From: Felis catus
Taxonomy: Eukaryota
Direction of reading: 5' to 3'
Assembly: GCF_018350175.1 (NCBI RefSeq)
Contig: NC_058368.1
Coordinates: forward strand, 115,322,001-115,382,000
DNA length: 60,000 bases
This document shows positions 56,098 to 60,000 of the stretch, piece by piece. The translations under genes were made by a program, and so were the position numbers. The notes under the pieces were generated by a model. It had not been told where the DNA came from. It made no database searches and was given only the letters and a program-made list of their open reading frames with translations. Positions within the stretch are counted from its first letter, which is position 1, and every line of letters begins with the position of its first letter.

Positions 56098-57218
56098 CTT
56101 ACCTGTAGCTGAACAGAAGTATTTTGGTTAAGCAGTTGAAATCGAGCCTGCTTTAGGAACTCCTTTGGAAGTGCTGCTTTTGCTACTGTTGCAAACAACT
56201 ACAGGAAATGGTGGAAAATAATCACCATTTGGAAGCCTGTGCAAAGCATTTTTATAAAAACTAATGGGAGATACTCCATTTCAGAACCCTAGATACTACT
56301 TTCCCAAGTGTGTCTTTTATCTTTTGCTCAGAACATTCGAGTCGTAATTTTCTGAGGACTTGGTACAATCACATTTCAAGGAAAGCTAGTGCGGCAGAAA
56401 CAAAGTCTTGGGAATTCACTATTTTGCCTAACTGGATATTTCTTTTCCTTTTTTCTCTTTTTCCACTGTGAATTACAACATAGTAACTAGTGAAAAAGCT
56501 TAATAACAACTAGTTGAAGTTTCAAGTGAATAGCAAAATGAAAATAGCTACCTCAGTCCCTCAAGTATGTATAACTTGCTGATTGATTAACTGTCTTTGA
56601 TACTGGGTGAGGCTCAAAATGCTCATTATTAGGTAAAAATCTGAAGGTAAAAACAGGTATCAGATTACAGAGATTAAAATGAAAAAATTATGGGTGAGGA
56701 CTGTTGGAATGTAATACTAATTTTTAAGATTATGTTAACGTACTACAGGATTTATCTTAAGATTTTTAGCACTGGCCTTTCTATGAACATAAAATTCTAG
56801 CCTTAGTTTATAATTTCAACATAATTTAAGAACTCCGTAAAGCCAAATGTACAATAAAGAATGTGAAAATTAATGAAATGGAAAGGCAGTCTATATTGGA
56901 TGTGGTAGACAAAAAAATGGACATTAATGCCCACCCCAGTAGCATATGTAAACTTGGAGTGGGATGGCATTAAGTACAGCTTTGAAGACCTCTGAGCCAT
57001 GATGTCCTTTTGCTCCATACATGGTAGCATTGATAATGAAGTATTGGCCCCAAAGACCTGATGCAAAGTGTGATGTGCCGAGAGCACCAGGGATGTCCTA
57101 CCTTTGATACAGGACAGTACTCACGTTTCAGTCTTTGCACTTGTATATACAGTGTTAAAGCAGGACCAATTCCTATTTGCTCAACTTTGCTAGCTTTCAA
57201 TCAGAAGTAGTGGTTTCT

Positions 57219-58532
57219 CGGGGTGCCTTCGGTGGCTTATTTGGTTAAGCGTCCAACTTCAGCCCAGCTCGTGATCTCACAGTTTGTGAGTTCCAGTCCC
57301 ACAACGGTCTCTGCTGTCTGCACAGAGCCCGCTTCCTCTGTCTCCCTCTCCCTGCTCCACCCCTGCCTCAAACTCTTTTTCAAAAATAAATACTAAATAG
57401 ATAAAAAACATTAAAAAAATATTTATAAAAAGCAGTAGTTTCTCATTGGCTATTTGACTCCAGATTTAAATGACTTTTGTTCCTTTTCTAAAAGTTGGCT
57501 ATAGCAGTGCCTGGCTGGCTCAGTCGGTAGAGTATACGAGGCTTGGCCTCAGGGTTGTTAAAGTTGAGCCTCACGTTGGGTGTAGAGATCATTTAAAAAA
57601 TTTTTTAATCTAGTTGTTTTTGAGAGAGACCGAGCATGAGCAGGGAAGGGGCAGTGACGGAGACAGAATCTGAAGCAGAGTCAGGCTCTGAGCTGTCCGC
57701 ACAAAGCCCAATGTGGGACTCGAACTCGTGAACCGTGAGTTCATGACCTGAGCTGAAGTTGGACGCTTAAACAACTGAGCCACCCAGGTGCCCCAAGGGT
57801 GTAGAGATCATTTAAAAATAAAATCTGCTGGGGCACCTGGATGACTCAGTTGGTTAAGCATTGGACTTCGGCTCAGGTCATGATCTTGCAGTTCACGAGT
57901 TCAAGCCCCACTTAGGGCTTTGTGCTGAAAGCTCAGAGCCTGGAGTCTGTTTTCTGATTCTGTCTCCCTCTCTGCCCCCTCTCCCCCCACTTGTGCTTTG
58001 TTTCTCTCTCACAAAAATAAAACAATAAATATTTTTTTAAGTTGTCTATAAACATCAAAAGGCTTTAGCAATTGGATTACAGCTACTTTGTTGGCAACTA
58101 CAAATCTATATGGACTTTCGTTTTCTATTTTTATTTCTCCAGTTGTATCAGGATAATCCCCAGTTTATCCTTTCTTTATGTGCATTCTGTAGTTTATTTT
58201 GCGGTCATGAGAGCCTGTGGGTGGGAAGGTATGGCAGTTCATTAGTGTGATGGATGGTGAAGCTGTAGTGATACCTCTTAATTCATTTTTCTGATTGTGG
58301 CTACTTCTCACAAGCAGCAGGTATATCTCTGGCCTGGCTTTTTTTTTTTTTTTTTTTTTGAGAAAGAGCACAACCAGGGGAGGGGCATTGAAAGAGAGGG
58401 AGAGAAAATCCCAAGTAGGTTCCACACTGCCAGCATGGAGCCTGGCACGGGGGCTCAAACTTACAAACCATGAGATCATGACCTGAGCCACAACCAAGAG
58501 TCAGTTGTTTAAATGAGCCACGCAGGCACCCC
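57219..58532. mobile_element. SINEC cluster; minus SINE (~57600-57795) nested in a plus SINE
   Basis: Duplication gggtgtagagatcatttaaaaa on both sides of the nested copy. Confidence 0.8.
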
Positions 58533-58789
58533 ATGACCTGTCATTTTAAGCAGCAGCTTTGAGCTGTGTAAAGCAAGCACAATGGGTTTGGCCAGTCTTA
58601 GGGGAATTGCCTCTGCCCTTCCAACTTCCAGTATTCTGTAGTATGTAACACACATCTACCTTCTGCAAAAACCTTTACCTACTCTGCATCTTCACCTTAC
58701 TTTCTAAATCCTGTTCATCCTGCCTACTCAACCTATACAAATTTGATCCTCCTTTTAACTAAGGATAGGTTTTTTTTGGGGGGGGGAGG

Positions 58790-59452
58790 GGTAAAATCTA
58801 TATAACAATTTATCATCTTAACCATTTTTAAGTATACGGTTCAGTGGTGTTACATTCACTTTGTTCTGCAACCGTCCTCCATCCCCATAACTCTTCCATC
58901 TTGTAAAACTGAAACTATCTATTAAGCAATAACTCTCCACCCCTTCTCTGGGCCCCTCACAACCATCGTTACCTTGTTTTTAGGATTTTGACTCTCTTGT
59001 TTAAGTGGTATCCTACAGTATCTGTCTTATTGTGACTTATTTCACTTCATGTACATAGGTTCCATCCATGATGTAGCATATTGCAGAATTCCCTCCTCAG
59101 AGACTAATACTTCATTGTATTTATATGCCTTATTTTGCTTATCCACTAATCTGTTAATAGGCATGGGTTCTTTCCACATTTTAACTGTTAGTAATACTAT
59201 GAACATAGGTGTACAAATAATGTCTCTGAGAGCTGGCTTTCAATTGTTTTGGATATATACTCTGGAGTGGTATTGCTGGATCATATGGTAATGTTATTTT
59301 TAAATTTTTGAGGAACCTCCATGCTGTCTTCTGCAGCAGCTGTACCATATTACATTTCCACCAACTGCACAAGGGCTCCAGTTTCTCTACATTCTTGCCT
59401 TACTACGTTTTGCCTATTTGATAGTAGCTGTCCTAATGGGTGTGAGGTGGTA
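58790..59452 (-). mobile_element. Old L1 3' fragment (antisense)
   Basis: catcttaaccatttttaagt, ggttccatccatgatgtagca, attgctggatcatatggta, tttttgaggaacctccat. Confidence 0.75.
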
Positions 59453-59805
59453 TCAACAACTTTTCTAGGAAAAGATCATGCCAGTTACTGCCATGTGATG
59501 TCTATGTCTAGGACGCTTCTGGCACATGGTAGGTATTCATAATTTGTTGCCTGATGCTCTTGTGTCCTCATCTGAATTCTCAATATTCAGAGCAGGGGCC
59601 ATTGCTAACCACCACAGTACAGTGCTAGGTCCTTTCTAAAGACTCGGTGATGCTGGGGTACATACTTTTCCCAGCTTCCACACGATACAAATGAGCATAG
59701 GGACAAGACCATTACCAAACTGCTAAAGGAACATAAGATAGATTTTATTTAAGGTGTGATTTTTTTTTTTCTGTTTATAAATGCAATTGAGAATTCAGAC
59801 TATAT

Positions 59806-60000
59806 GGGGCACCTGGGTAGCTCAGTGGGTTAAACGCCCGACTTTGGCTCAGGTCATGATCTCTCAGTTTGTAAGTTCGAGCCTCGTGTCAGGCTCTGTG
59901 CTAACAGCTCAGAGCCTAGAGCCTGGTTCGGATTCTGTGTGTCTCCTCTCTCTCTCTGTCTCTCTCTGCCCCTCCCCCACTCGTTCCCTCTCTCTGTCTC
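59806..60000 (+). mobile_element. SINEC (runs off the window end)
   Basis: ggggcacctgggtagctcagtgggttaaacg...(CT)n. Confidence 0.9.

Overview
Mammalian genomic DNA, most likely a felid (dense carnivore tRNA-derived SINEs, including near-intact SINEC_Fc-type copies). The window holds the SNHG4/MATR3 locus on the + strand. An upstream CpG-island promoter (~7.5-8.3 kb) drives a non-coding snoRNA host transcript (SNHG4/U19 host) with at least four short exons and two intronic H/ACA snoRNAs: SNORA74A/U19 at 11673-11874 and a divergent paralog (SNORA74D-like) at ~9825-9970. The main MATR3 CpG-island promoter lies at ~24.0-25.6 kb with two alternative first exons. All 14 MATR3 coding exons (35008-52271) join into 2550 nt (849 aa), or 897 aa with an alternative upstream acceptor, followed by a 3' UTR with two AATAAA signals. 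The rest is SINEs, L1/L2/MIR fragments, hAT-type DNA elements, a solo ERVL-type LTR and a young 3 x 106-bp tandem triplication. I found no convincing new multi-gene system. The best leads are regulatory: a strong-Kozak ATG in exon 1b that gives either a 41-aa hydrophobic uORF peptide or an N-truncated matrin-3 depending on exon 2 splicing, the remodelled snoRNA paralog, the 48-aa exon extension, and a promoter hairpin carrying a B-box and an E2F site. Repeat boundaries and subfamily names were assigned by eye and are approximate.
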